Assembly: GCF_036588685.1 (NCBI RefSeq)
Contig: NC_086376.1
Coordinates: 13,578,001 to 13,642,000 of the forward strand
Reading direction: 5' to 3'
DNA from: Mytilus trossulus
Taxonomy: Eukaryota
DNA length: 64,000 nucleotides
Made by a program: the position numbers and the translations under genes. Shown piece after piece: positions 24,801 to 39,800 of the stretch. The notes under the pieces are model-generated. The model saw only the letters and a program-made list of their open reading frames with translations. It did not search any database and was not told where the DNA came from. Position 1 is the first letter of the stretch, and each line of letters begins with the position of its first letter.

Positions 24801-27800
24801 ATCGTAAGAATACATTGTAAACATCAGTTGTGATGTATATACCCTCCCCATAGATTGAGAAAGTGGTGTAACCCTACATCGTAAGAATACAGTGTAAACA
24901 TCAGTTATGATGTATATACCCTCCCCATAGATTGAGAAAGTGGTGTAACCCCACATCGTAAGAATACAGTGTAAACATCAGTTATGATGTATATACCCTC
25001 CCCATAGATTGAGAAAGTGGTGTAACCCTACATCGTAAGAATACAGTGTAAACATCAGTTATGATGTATATACCCTCCCCATAGATTGAGAAAGTGGTGT
25101 AACCCCACATCGTACGAATAAAGTGTAAACTTCAGTTATGATGTATATACCCTCCCCATAGATTGATGTATATACCCTCCCCATAGATTGAGAAAGTGGT
25201 GTAACCCCACATCGTAAGAATACAGTGTAAACATCAGTTATGATGTATATACCCTCCCCATAGATTGAGAAAGTGGTGTAACCCCACATTTGTTTGTGAA
25301 TGATGTATATACCCTCCCCATAGATTGAGAAAGTGGTGTAACCCCACATCGTAAGAATACAGTGTAAACATCAGTTATGATGTATATACCCTCCCCATAG
25401 ATTGAGAAAGTGGTGTAACCCCACATTTGTTTGTGAATGATGTATATACCCTCCCCATGGATTGAGAAAGTGGTGTAACCCCATATCGTACGAATAAAGT
25501 GTAAACTTCAGTTATGATGTATATACCCTCCCCATAGATTGAGAAAGTGGTGTAACCCCACATCGTAAGAATACAGTGTAAACATCAGTTATGATGTATA
25601 TACCCTCCCCATAGATTGAGAAAGTGGTGTAACCCCACATTTGTTTGTGAATGATGTATATACCCTCCCCATAGAGTGAGAAAGTGATGTAACCCCACAT
25701 CGTAAGAATACAGTGTAAACATCAGTTATGATGTATATACCCTCCCCATAGGTTGAGAAAGTGGTGTAACCCCACATCGTAAGAATACAGTGTAAACATC
25801 AGTTATGATGTATATACCCTCCCCATAGATTGAGAAAGTGGTGTAACCCCACATCGTAAGAATACAGTGTAAACATCAGTTATGATGTATATACCCTCCC
25901 CATAGATTGAGAAAGTGGCGTAACCCCACATCGTAAGAATACAGTGTAAACATCAGTTATGATGTATATACCCTCCCCATAGATTGAGAAAGTGGTGTAA
26001 CCCCACATCGTAAGAATACAGTGTAAACATCAGTTATGATGTATATACCCTCCCCATAGATTGAGAAAGTGGTGTAACCCCACATCGTAAGAATACAGTG
26101 TAAACATCAGTTATATGATGTATATACCCTCCCCATAGATTGAGAAAGTGGCGTAACCCCACATCGTAAGAATACAGTGTAAACATCAGTTATGATGTAT
26201 ATACCCTCCCCATAGATTGAGAAAGTGGTGTAACCCCACATCGTAAGAATACAGTGTAAACATCAGTTATATGATGTATATACCCTCCCCATAGATTGAG
26301 AAAGTGGCGTAACCCCACATCGTAAGAATACAGTGTAAACATCAGTTATGATGTATATACCCTCCCCATAGATTGAGAAAGTGGTGTAACCCCACATCGT
26401 AAGAATACAGTGTAAACATCAGTTATGATGTATATACCCTCCCCATAGATTGAGAAAGTGGTGTAACCCCACATCGTAAGAATACAGTGTAAACATCAGT
26501 TATGATGTATATACCCTCCCCATAGATTGAGAAAGTGGTGTAACCCCACATCGTAAGAATACAGTGTAAACATCAGTTATGATGTATATACCCTCCCCAT
26601 AGATTGAGAAAGTGGTGTAACCCCACATCGTAAGAATACAGTGTAAACATCAGTTATGATGTATATACCCTCCCCATAGATTGAGAAAGTGGTGTAACCC
26701 CACATCGTAAGAATACAGTGTAAACATCAGTTATATGATGTATATACCCTCCCCATAGATTGAGAAAGTGGTGTAACCCCACATCGTAAGAATAAAGTGT
26801 AAACATCAGTTATGATGTATATACCCTCCCCATAGATTGAGAAAGTGGTGTAACCCCACATCGTAAGAATACAGTGTAAACATCAGTTATGATGTATATA
26901 CCCTCCCCATAGATTGAGAAAGTGGTGTAACCCCACATCGTAAGAATAAAGTGTAAATATCAGTTAAATGGGCTTAATTGATTAACAGATCTGTGCTAAG
27001 AGATCTACTTTATAACAAGAACACAAAATACACCAAGTATCTAGGATTATCTATGTAAGTTAATCAGAATGATAGTTGTATGTGTGAGTGTATCAAGTGG
27101 GAGAGAAAGGCTTTTTATTTTTACTTTGTGTGATTAAAGGCTTGTTATGAGCCCTATGATTAGGAAATAAAATATCTTTATCTTACTATGTAAGGGAACT
27201 CACAGTTACTGAAAGCGAGTTCAAAGCCTAATGTCAACGAACAAATAAAGCTTGTTTTCCAGGACTTGCATATCAACGGATATAGTATAACATAAATAAA
27301 AGAATGCTTAATAATTTTGTTTATGTTTTTGTGTATTTTCATTTAACCGTTTCTAAGCATTAAAAGTCTTCTTTTAGATGTTCGTGGTGGTTGCACTAAA
27401 TGTAAATCCAAGCTGTCGATATTCGATGGTAGCTGTTGATAAAGAGTATAATGGAACATTTGGGATACACTATATACCATCATAGATGTAATAGTTGGGT
27501 ATTACATATATGATACCATGTATACTTACACCCCATGTAAATCCAAGCTGTCGACATACAACTGTAGCAGCATCATTATCCCAGAAGTCATCACAGATTG
27601 TTCCCCAATTAGCTTTATCTTTGGAAATTTCTACTCTCCCTGAACTCGTCGTTTTTCCATCTTTTAACCGTACATAAAATGCTAAAATAGAAAAATACAC
27701 ATGTGTTTGTTTTGGAGTTTAGTTAGACGTCCATTTTTACTGAACAAGTACTATTCTTTATTATGTGGGCAGCTTGGAAACCCATTGGTGGTCTTTGGCT

Positions 27801-30800
27801 TTTATCTGCTCTTTGGTCACGTTGTTGTCTCTTTAAACATATATATTCCCCATTTCCGTTCTCAATTTTATTGTGAATATGTTATAAATACGTGTTAATA
27901 CTTTTTTGGAGGATTTTCATGAATACATTAAATTAGTATGGCGTTCATTATCACTGAACTAGTATATATTTGTTTAGGGGCTAGGTGAAGAACACCTCCG
28001 GCTGCGGGAATTTCTCGCTACATTGAAGACCTGTTGGTGACTCGGTTTGTGACCTAGCTTCTGCTGTTGTGTTTTTCTATGGTCGGGTTGTTGTCTCATT
28101 GACACAATTTCCCCATTTCCATTCTCAATTTTATTATTATAACATAATTCCTTTGTAATCTAGGTTATCGCAAAAGAGATACTTTGAAGAAACGTTGTGA
28201 TCTGAACGATCTAGATTTCGTTACAAATAATTCTAATGACAGAATTATCTGAACGAGCTACATTTAGATATACGCGAAGGTGAAGGTTGCACAAATTCAT
28301 ATTCAAGAAAGTTACAATAATTTGTGAATATACAGGGCGTATATCTATACACAATGTAATTTGAATGGGGATATGTGTACCGAAAAACATGGATATATAT
28401 TTGAATGATATATGTTCCCCGGCTATAAATAATAAAGATAATGCAGCCATCGATCATGTTCAATTATGTTGATTACTAACTTATACATTAAATAAAATGT
28501 CAACGGAATGCAAGTTGAATTTTAATTTTATTGCCTTTGTGTTAGTATTACAAAACAATACACCGACTCGCGTACAAATGCAATCTTTAATAAATCTTTT
28601 TGCCATAAAATACAATATTCATAGAAAATGCAATTTCACTATCATTATCATATGTCATATTAGTTATAAAAGAAAAACTAATTTGTTTATGAGGTAGGAG
28701 TTCAAAGTATAATGTTTCCGTCAATGGAATGAATAAATTGTCTAGTAATGTTTATATATTAAAGGTCAAAACTAAAATTTCCAAAGATTTTAATTTAGTA
28801 AAAACTGCAATAATTAAAGTAAGCAACAAGAGGCAATTGTCTCTTTAAAAGATACTTATAAACCTTAATGTAACATATTTTCAGAGATAAATGAAAATGT
28901 AAGCAATGTTCATTAATAATCATAGAAATAAGTAAATATATATATATTATGTAAAGTCATGCACAGTGTAATACATGTTATTGACGAACTTGTTACATTA
29001 AAAGTCTAACTATGTGTAATTGCATACAAGGAACACGAGCCATTGATGATATATACCAAAAACCATACAGCAGCAATTATTGCACACGTTCATACACTCA
29101 ACGGGAACACACAAAAGCAGTACAAGAATGAATTTGCTATAAACGGATAAAATGCAAGCGCGCTTCGGATAATAGGAAAATCTTCATTAAAGGGCACACA
29201 TTTTAATAAGGAGTCGTTGATGATTTGGGTTATGTTGAATCATTAGTAGATCTGGCCTTGCTGGTCATTTTTGATATTTGAAGTTTCTGTCTTTCTTTGA
29301 TATTTTTCGAGATAATTGACCAACATTTAAAAATATGGTTAAAATTGGTTATTTAAGGACAATTACTCCCGTAAAAAGTCTTCTCACAGTTTTAAACGTA
29401 AATTCAAAAGAGGTAGAACACAGCATGCTAAAAATTTTGGCCCTGTAATTTAAATATATAAGAGGGGAATATTTTTGTAAAAATTAACAGACACCGACGG
29501 ACGCCAAGTGACATAAAGGGCTCACTTAGCTCTTTAGACAAATGTTAAATCAGGCTAACTAAAATTTATTTGCTCTTATATACTTAACTTAAGTTTTGGT
29601 AACCTCAGTATTTTGAAAAAAAGATACACAAGGCGGTTGAGTGTCAATTTCCGCTGTATTTGACTCACGAGCAGGGTCAATATCATAAGTTGTTATAAAT
29701 TGATTGAATAATGATTAGATATCAAGGAGTCTATATCGTATCTTAAAACATTCATTAAAAACATTGTTCATAACTATTTTTACATATTTTTATAAAAAAA
29801 AGTATAGTGACTAAGTAATATTCAATGCTTGATTTGATCACCTTGCCATAACATTGTAATCAAGAAATTTAGTTGGTGATTATCCATGATATTGATACTT
29901 AAAATAGTTACTGTACTTCAAACAAAAATAGTTTCGTACATTGTATATATATATTTTCAAAGAGTTTAATAACTTGTTACATATATATTCTAAAGCAGAA
30001 AAAAAATTCAACGAAACAACCGTTCTTTTATTATGAAAATCAAAGATGGAATACTGTACAACGTTCAATAAAAACCCCAAGTTCTATTTCTGTATTAAAA
30101 GATATGTGCTTTGATTAAATATCAATGTACATACTGTTTACATGTAACTTGTATTATTACATGTGCCTGTATAAATGTGATGTATATTTATTAATGATCT
30201 AATTATGCCATTATGATTTATGAATTATTAATTCATTTGTTTATGTTGTTTCGAGGACCATATTGATAGTAATTAAGTTTCTAACTAGTATAAAACAAGA
30301 TGTGGTATGATTGCTAATGCGACAACTACATATCCTAGAGAATCCAAATGAAGGCAATGTAAGCAACTACAAGCATGTTTTCACCCCCGAAATTAAGATA
30401 ATTCATTTGATGAATGTAATCTTTAACTTAACGTTGAAAGTTTCACTAAGTATTCAGAACATCGTTAATGTAATTAATTGAACATGGATAATGGGAGTGT
30501 TTAATGACATTGGCCACATAAGTAAGTATCGCCTTGAACGCCTTGGTGTTCAAAACTGGTTGTGCTGGCGATAAGAGGTTGCATAACATTTGATAGACTA
30601 AATAAGTGTACTATAGGCCGGTAAAGTTTCGCCTAAATGGTATCCATTTGTAAGATATATAACGAGTGAATGGGAGACAGCAACAAATCGACAAAAAAAC
30701 TTAAAAGTCACATAGTATGCACTATGCAGGAGTAAGGACGAGCAAATAGGTCCGGGCATAGCAAGTTTCGAAGCATTATAACTGGTCCAACATCACAATA

Positions 30801-33800
30801 TAATCAAGGCGTTTTCACATATATATGTTATATGCACGTACATGTTTTGTTGAATACAGTTGAGACCAATTATCAAATTGACAATTACAGCTAGTGTAGT
30901 TTTTTCATCCAACATATCTTTTTTGTACAGATGAAAAGTACTGTATCTAGGTATCGTTGACTGGTGGAGCTGGCATTATTTGCTTATGTTGCCGAAACAG
31001 GTGCATACAGTCAACAGCCACACAATTATCATTCGAAGTAGGATTAGTTGAATATGCACGTTTTTGTTGAGTACTCATTCAGTTCTGAGTACCACCAGAT
31101 TGACATGCTGTACATAAGCGGATTTAGGGGGCAGGGGCCCGGTCACCTTTTTTTTTAAGGAAAACATTTGATTGCTTATATAGAGAATCACTGAAGCTTG
31201 ACTGGAGCGGGCCCCCTCTTATGCAGTCAGTGGACCCCCACTTATGAAAATTTCTAGATCTGCCAGTGCTGTAGAAGATTCCAAGAGTGTCTGGTTACGT
31301 GTTGTTGTGCTTTGGTATGGCTTTGCAATTAGTAAAGATAATCATTCAATCTGAACCATAAGCACGTAATTTTAAGTCAAGGAAATGCTGCATCCTTACA
31401 AAAAGGTTGACAAGTCGATAGGTTACACGTTTTTTTGGAAGATTTTGGAAAGTACATAATCTACAACCTTGTTGTGAATGTATAACATTGAGAATGTAAA
31501 TGGGGAATGTGTCAAAGAGACAACTCGACCAAAGAGCAGGACTAGGTACTTACCAGTCAACTCAAATATGAAATAATTCGCATTTAGTATTAAATAAACT
31601 ATTCCTTCGTAAACATCGACAATGGTCATTGCGATGCCTAAATTTTAGAAGAAAATTAAGATCTAATAAACTGAAGATAAAAGACAAAGTGGTTTTAACC
31701 ACGAACTAAAAAAACCTAAATTCATTTTCAGTTCAATTCAAAAGTGCATCACACCTTCGCATTGACAATTTAAATGCGATCGAACTAATTGTAGCGGTAT
31801 TAATTTATTGAACCGATACAGTTCTTTGCCCGTCTTGTTTTTCTAAGTTTGGAATTAGAAAGTCAGGGAAGACCATTACCGTAATTGTCTAGTTTCAATA
31901 TAGGAAGTAAGAGTTCATTTGTTCTATTTTGATCAATCAACACGATGAATTGCTTCAATATGCCAATCTTATATTCAAAATATATAAAATACTGTAAAGA
32001 TTAACCATTGCAGATGTAACTTTCAATCGCATTTTCGATGTTTAAGTAGATGCCGTGTCAAATTTCATGTGTTATAAGATTGAAAATCCAAAACTGACAA
32101 CAACATTTGTTTTTCATTTTGATGTTACTCTGTTATTATTAGAACTGTACTTCTTAGATCTTTACAAATAATTCATCTATAGTTTATAATGACGGGACTA
32201 AACTTTAAGAACTGGAACTTTTGGTAACAAATTTCACAAAGAATCAAAAGATAATAGTGTTAAAAGTAATATATAAATAAATACACAAGTACTCATCACA
32301 TCTGTTTCGAGAAGAAAAAGAAATTTTGAAATTGACCAATACATGAAATCAAATGGTGTGAAACATACAGTTTTAACAAATTGAACTGAAAAAATGCTCT
32401 CGAAACCCTATATAATTGTGTGTGTTACGTAATAACTACAGGAACTAAAATCTAAGAGTCAAACATACCAACCAATAAAACCGTCAGCTTCACAACTTAT
32501 TGGCGATCACAATTAAACAGTTTGATAAATTAAGTTTATCTGAAACGTACAAATGACCTTTCAACTAACTCCTATATTTGTCACATCATTTTGACAGTAA
32601 ATATGACGATTATAGGGACAACACAACCATAAAAGTGGTAAATATAAGTAGTCAGATACTATTTTTGGAACTCCAGTTTGTATAAATTTAACAACTACAA
32701 CAGTGGGTACATAATGAGTCCCCACATTGTTAAATAAAAGTATTTTGCAAAGTATGCAGAAAAATACACATAAACTGCTCATCGTTTGTCTAATGTAACC
32801 GTTCAGCTAAAGTGATTCTGGTGACCTGTATGGCTTGTAGCTATACATATACGTATCATAAATTCTGAGATATGTATCAGCCATGAAATACATTATCTTT
32901 TAACTTTAATGCGGCACCCACTGCTTTTACCACAGAAAACAAAACGTTCGATATAACCTCCTGTTTTGGTAAAATCGGCTGTAAAGCACAAAGCCAATGT
33001 TCTGATAACCACGATTGTAACTTGTGGTTTCACTGAACTTTGCCTTTTCATCACATGTGTGATTGTTTTGTCTACATCTTATTATTTCGTACCAGTGGTA
33101 ATATTCAATCGGATGACCTGTCATATATCTAGCAGAGAAAAACAAATGCGTATATGAAGTTAGAAAAGTGAAACATATTACTGATGACTTGTTACATTAA
33201 ATTGAGGATTCAATCTAAACAAGTATAAATAAAAGGAGGTGTGGGTTACAAGAAATCGAAACAGCAACTAAATTATACAAATATCGGGGGCTCCTCTAAT
33301 ATAAACCCTCCCCCCCCAAAAAAAAAATGGTCTTAATCTATACTGAAATATTTATGACAAACGAGTATTTTCTCACGTAAGAGTAATGTGAAATTAGCTT
33401 TGTGTCGTTGAAGAATTGGAGGCATGTATACAACCTTTCAAATACTATACACTCCGAATTTCAGTCTTTTCGGTTTCAATATTTGAAAGGAGTTTTAGAG
33501 ACTAATGTTTTTAAGTAGAATACAATATCGAAAGAACAACGATGGACGACAAACCTGCTATAATTTAAGTTCGCGTTGGTTCAACTTTATATTGAATATA
33601 TTTATAAAGAAAACTCAATCGCAATCGATTTAGTACATGCAATTTTCAAAACAGAAAAAAGGAAGATCTCGGTCGCTTATATCTAATTTTTTAGTTAATT
33701 TACATATTTGACATAATATTATGGTTTTGTGTATTCTACCTTAATTAGTTGCAATGTCATAGCATTATTGACCGGAAAGTCTGTATACAAACAATATTAC

Positions 33801-36800
33801 CCCCTACTGAGTTTCTATAACTGACAAATCAAAGTGATTAGCTTCCATTCTAAGACATTTGTCTATACTAGGAACTGTGTAATCCAGTTTCAATTGATTG
33901 TTTATGAATAAGCATCTAAACAATGCGGAATCGTTATAAAATATAAAATTTTGGTAATAAGCAATGAAAATAAAGCTCAATCATTCACAACTGAGTCATA
34001 TAAATGACGATAAATTACGGAAGAATTATTTATTTGACCAGACTGGTTTTTTTTCTTTCAATATGAGTGACACAATCCCAATGTACGTAATTCATGTTCT
34101 AGTATTTCCATGCGTGACAGTCAGTACCAACCACTTTTACAGGACCTAACGATTAGGATTTTCGAAGCATCCGGATTATTTTACCTCTTTAGTGCAATGT
34201 CCAATCGTATAGAATCATAATATCATGCATTCAAAAAATAAATAAAAATAAAATAAACATCTAACCATATTCATTGTCGTTCATTTGTTTGGTTAAATTG
34301 ATCGACGAATGACATTCTTTTTACTAAATTTTTTTTAAGAAATGATGTTAGAATCAATTGCTGGAAAAATTGTTTCAGATAAATTCAGGGGACATTGGTC
34401 AGATTCCCTTAATAGCTCTCAATATGTATTTCGTTGACAAAATAAATCATAAATTGAATGATTCGGTTTCTTTAAGATATATGACAATAGAAAAGTCAAA
34501 TGGAGTGTAGGTATATATACAGAAAATCCCACGTAAGGGTGTTTCAAAAAAATAATAATAACCAATTAAGCGAGAACATACAGTGCATAGTAAAACCATA
34601 TATACTCTGCAAAAGATGTAAAACATAACAGTAAAATTAAAAAAAATTATATTACATAAAAAACAAGACATACATTCCTACAACAACTGCGGTGTTTTCC
34701 TTTGAAACAATCAATAACATTTACAACAGTTGCGGTATATCATGTACATACAAGAATAGCTATCAGCTGTTTACCAGATTTGATTCATTATTATTTCTTT
34801 TCCTAAAAGGATAACATGTTTCCCCCGTCATAACAGTGACTGATTGCATAGATATAGACAAATTATTACTCATGATAATCACTTGTGTTTTCTGGGTGAC
34901 AGTAAAATCCCCACCAAACAACGCATTCAACCACATATTTAATTTTTCTACCAATCGGTTTATATTATTGACATTTTCATCGAAAAAAAACCAATGAAAG
35001 ATTAAGGTATTAGTTATTTAAAACTACATTTAAATTAATACATTTTGAATATTTGTATTATACAATGATTAGGTCCAAGCATATACTATTGCGATATATA
35101 GTCAAATGGCAGGGTTGAAAGAGAGAAGAAAAAATATGTTAGAATGCCAAAACCATGAAACCTTATGGTTGAACAGTAAATGAATAAAAAGTTAAACACG
35201 CTATAACTGCATGCGTTTTGAATACTCTGTACCATTTCCTATACAACAAAACTTAAAATCATCATTGACATACATCAAACTAAAATAATATCATAAAAAA
35301 GTCAATTTACTGCGGTTCTTCATCGGGCATTTTCGGCTATTCGTGGCAACATTGTATACCACTAGTAAGATTCAAAATTGAAGATTAGGGTTGTACAAAT
35401 GTATGTGTTGTTATTGAAAGACCATTAAAGGACCTGTTTACTATTATGTATGCTTTAAATCTATTTTTTTAGTATCGTAATGGTAAAACAAAATGAATGA
35501 AAAAATGTGAAAGTTTTCCAACAAAACGGGAGTTACGACACAAGTATTAACTGCAGTTTATGTTGTTGCTGCAATCTATGCATCAAACATGAGGGCACGT
35601 ATGACGTAATGATTAATGTAAAGATGATGGTGATGGATGATTATATAACGCGTCCAGCGGCAAATTACACGTATAGTCAGGCTGGTAACATGTTAAAGTA
35701 ATGTGAATATTAACCCTGCTTTGTACTGACATGCTGAGTCGGATATTTTAACATGCTAGTGTGAGCAAGGTGACAGCTCACAAGAATACTTGTCACCCTA
35801 ACCCGAGACAGTATTCTACACGACTCCGAGTTGTCTTTACTCGTACTCCTTAATGCCGCTTACTTAGTGGAGTAGCAGCACATTCCAATTTTAAAGTATT
35901 TAGGTTAACCCGGTCATGGTTCGAACTTATGATCCCCCGCACTCGAGGCATACACACGAGACCACCGGGATGGTTGTAATGTAAATTTGGGATACGGAAA
36001 TAGCACATAGTTTTGATATGTTACAATAAAACTTTTAATTAATAAGAATGTAATGTCATTGATTAGCAGTGGGCTTAATAAAAAATGTTAACTAATACTA
36101 ATAACACACTTCTTGTCTATTGAAAGAAACAGTTTTCGAAGTTCAGGTCTTGTCTTAATTGGAAAGTTCGCAGCACTACAAATACATAAACTGACGCATC
36201 CAATTAATAAATCCTTAACCAATATTAACATTACATTACAATTGTTAATTTAAAATGATTTAAAGATTTCCGTATGTATGTAAAAAAAAAAGCAACATAT
36301 TGATTCCATTAAAAATCGTTTATCGCAATCTTTTATAAAATTATAATCCTGGTAATTTTGATAACTATTATTAACGTATTCATACTAATTTGTACATGTG
36401 CGTCCAGTTTCTCTTTCCTTTGATTATAAACTTTACTAACTAAGTGCAAGTAGTTAGAAAACAAGTTTTGTACTTCGAGTACTGTTTAAGGTGTTTCATA
36501 ACCATGAGCATATGATCGTATAGTTTATATGGACATTTTTGACATCTGTCCAATAATAGAAAATAATTTACAAGTCATTAATTCCAAACTAGAACCAATT
36601 TTGTTATCATGGCCTTTTAAATTTACGAATGTTGATGAACTGCTCGCTTACTATGACCATTCTATATTTCTGTCGACCTTCTTTTACTGGAGAGTGGTAA
36701 TGTTTGACTAGATTTAACTTTACGAATAAACTCAGATAAGCATAGCAATAGCAGTTTGAGTTCAGTGTCAGGGCTTTGGATTTGTGACGGTATATGGCTA

Positions 36801-39800
36801 ATTTTTAAAGGTCCCTTCAGATAAAAAGAGCAACAGTTGTAAGAATTTTATATATAAGCAAATGAAGATCATAGTTCTTAAAAAAAAAGACACAATAAAA
36901 TTGAGAAAGGAAATGCGAAATGTGTCAAAGCGACAACAACCCGACCTTAGAGCAGACAACAGCCGAAGGCCACCGATGGGTCTTCAATGTAGCGAGAAAC
37001 TCCCGCACCCGTTCTTCGTTAAACAAATTTGTTTAAAAAAATAATACAAAAATAATAATGAGTACAAGTAATTCAAATTCCGTCTACATTAATAAGCGTT
37101 TCGAAATTCCAATCCGATGTTTCAATAAAGTTGAAAGCTGATGTGAATGCCTAATTATGATTTCGATTTATTTAAAGTAGTAAACGAATACATCTTTTGG
37201 AAGTATCAATTCTTATTCAGTATTGTAATTTATATTATAAACCATTATAGTCAATCACCAGTAAATATGCGAACTATGCTGAAACGACATGTCTGTTTTA
37301 ACATAAAGAAAAAATCGACATATCATTTAATTATTCTTCCTTTTCAGGGTTAATCAGTTTAATAAAATAGTATACCATACTAAAGTATACGAAAAGACAA
37401 CATTACTCAAAACTATGAACAACAGTCAGTCACTTTGATTTATAAAGATAGTCAGCCATATAATATGACAAATTAAGCTCGCTATCACTGATTACTTCAA
37501 ACACCCAACACCATTATCACAAATATAAAAGTTGTAAATAGACAAATTATTCATAAAAAGTAAGTGCTATATATATTCTAATTTTGTACAGTTAAAACAA
37601 CGGTGTTACAGTGATTGACAGCACCCAATCTTATTTTTTCCACATGTATGCATAACATTAATGTCAAGGTCATATTTGAAATAAAACGTCCTGCTTGTCG
37701 TCTTGTTCTTATGAGGCAGAATTTATACAGGAGCTTCTAGAACATTTAACGAAGTTATGTTCTGTTATATAGATGACAGTCTAGTGATTGTTGTGATTGC
37801 ATCTATCCAATTAAAATATCGGAGGAGAAGATACAGTTATGTTTACATCTCGACTTATATTAAGTAATCAATTGAAACCCTTATTAAAAAATGATTTGAA
37901 CAATCCCCGTTGTAAGCTTTCCACTCCTGTGTAGAAAAAAAATATTGTTCCAACACCTGAACATGTTTATTGGTATAGTGCCCCCAGATGATACGATATT
38001 CCCAGGCTAGGGGTTATTGCAAGATTATTACGGATATGTTAGACCTTTCGTTGCCACAATCCCTTCCTCTACCTCCCGATTGTTTAATTACAGAATAAGA
38101 TTATCAGTTAAATGCAATGACATGTGTCGCCATCGCCAGAGGAAAAAGAACTGTTCAACCCTAAGGATTAATTGAGTTTATGACCAGTTTTATTTAATCG
38201 TTTGTTCTCTCTTAAATATTAGTTTGTTTTTTCATCTTATTTTCATTTTGCCAATGGCGATGTCTGTATTTAAAGTGTTTCTGGGTTTTGTTGACTACTT
38301 TGGTACTTCTATTTATTTATATTTATCTCAATATCTAACATAATTAATCCTGTCTTCGCAAAACTAAGAAAATCTAACGGCAGAGGGGAATTATCGGCAA
38401 CAATACAGTTTGGCTTTTACTAATATCATCCTAAGTTAATAACACGTCTTACAACACATAAGTAGAAAATTGTGTTAAAGTGTCACGAACACCTAGAATT
38501 TGGTGTCATTAATGATTGAGAACAAGTGATTCTTAGACTCAATCTCTCTTTGGTTGATATATAGTGAAAAAAAGAAAAAAGAAATTGATGAAATATATAA
38601 TCTATCAACATAAAAAGAAAGAAAAGTTCCTATAGTCTGTCTGTCACCAACTACAAGAAGGGCGAACTATTGAATTTTTTTTGAACATTTAAAAAAATAA
38701 ATAAATAAAATGTGACTTTAATGCGACTATAATGTGACTATAAAACAAAAATAACCCCACCTGATTATGTTATTAATATGGATGCTTAACCGAGGGAAAG
38801 ATCTAATAGCAATGCACGAGGGGTGGAAAATGGTGGAAAATACCAAAGACTAACTGACAACGCCATGACCCCCTAGAAACGGCGAGATGACAAACAAAGC
38901 TCCATGCAACAGTTACAGTCTACAAAAATAATATCAATGGACACAATTTTACTAACACCAGTAGATTTGTGTATACAGAACAGGTGTAACAGAGAAAACT
39001 GTTTTCTTGTGTATGACATGTTCACTGACGTTATTCAACTGTCCTCTCTGTCCTTATATAAGATTATTACAATCAACAGATCTACTGGCAAAACGTGTCA
39101 AGGACGTCATAAATATTGCCATAAGGATAAGAAAATATCATGCCATATTTAACAGTAATACTGGCCAACTTAACAAATGTTGTATAATGGCATACAATTT
39201 ATATGTAAAGGTAAAGTACATGTTTTACAATCAGTTATATTGCTTAAACCAGATTTAACAGACGTTAACAAGCGTGTCCTCGTCCAACAGTTGAAGAATA
39301 TAAAGAATGCCTATAACAAAGTAGTTCATACAAGAAAGTAAAATACTTAACAGGTCCTAAATCTTAAAATGGGTCATTATTTTATAAAATGTAAAATAAA
39401 CTTTTTAAAATGAATATATTTGCAAAGGTAAAGCATGTCTCTATGTATGTCTATATTTTATTTTTATGGTAACGCAGTGATATTTTTTTTAGGTTCAACG
39501 TAAATAATACATAATTCAGGAAATAATTTATAAAAGTTTTAAACACCTTGAAAACATAAGAATGTTTTTAAAATGACAAATGAATTAAGTTTAAATGAAT
39601 CAGTAAAATAAATGATGCTGTATGTTTAATACAAAATAACTGTATTTGTTTACCAAAAATGTTTTATGTATAATGGCACACTGTCAAACATACTAAAAAC
39701 AGGCTTTGTAATATCAACGTCGTTAAACACAAGTTGATACAGGATGCACAACATTACAAGATAAACAATAAATTTTATGACATGCATTCTTCTTGTTTAT

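Noticed and set aside
22778-25777. Repetitive ORFs (MWGYTTFSIYGEG...)
   Set aside because: Translations of the satellite; the 77-bp unit is not a multiple of 3 and contains stops
22599-26966. CRISPR-like array
   Set aside because: Units are identical along their whole length with no unique spacers; no cas genes; lies in a eukaryotic intron
31423-31629. Possible extra exon in intron 1 (G|GTAAGT near 31552)
   Set aside because: No SRCR or signal-peptide content, no convincing acceptor, and it abuts a dispersed repeat
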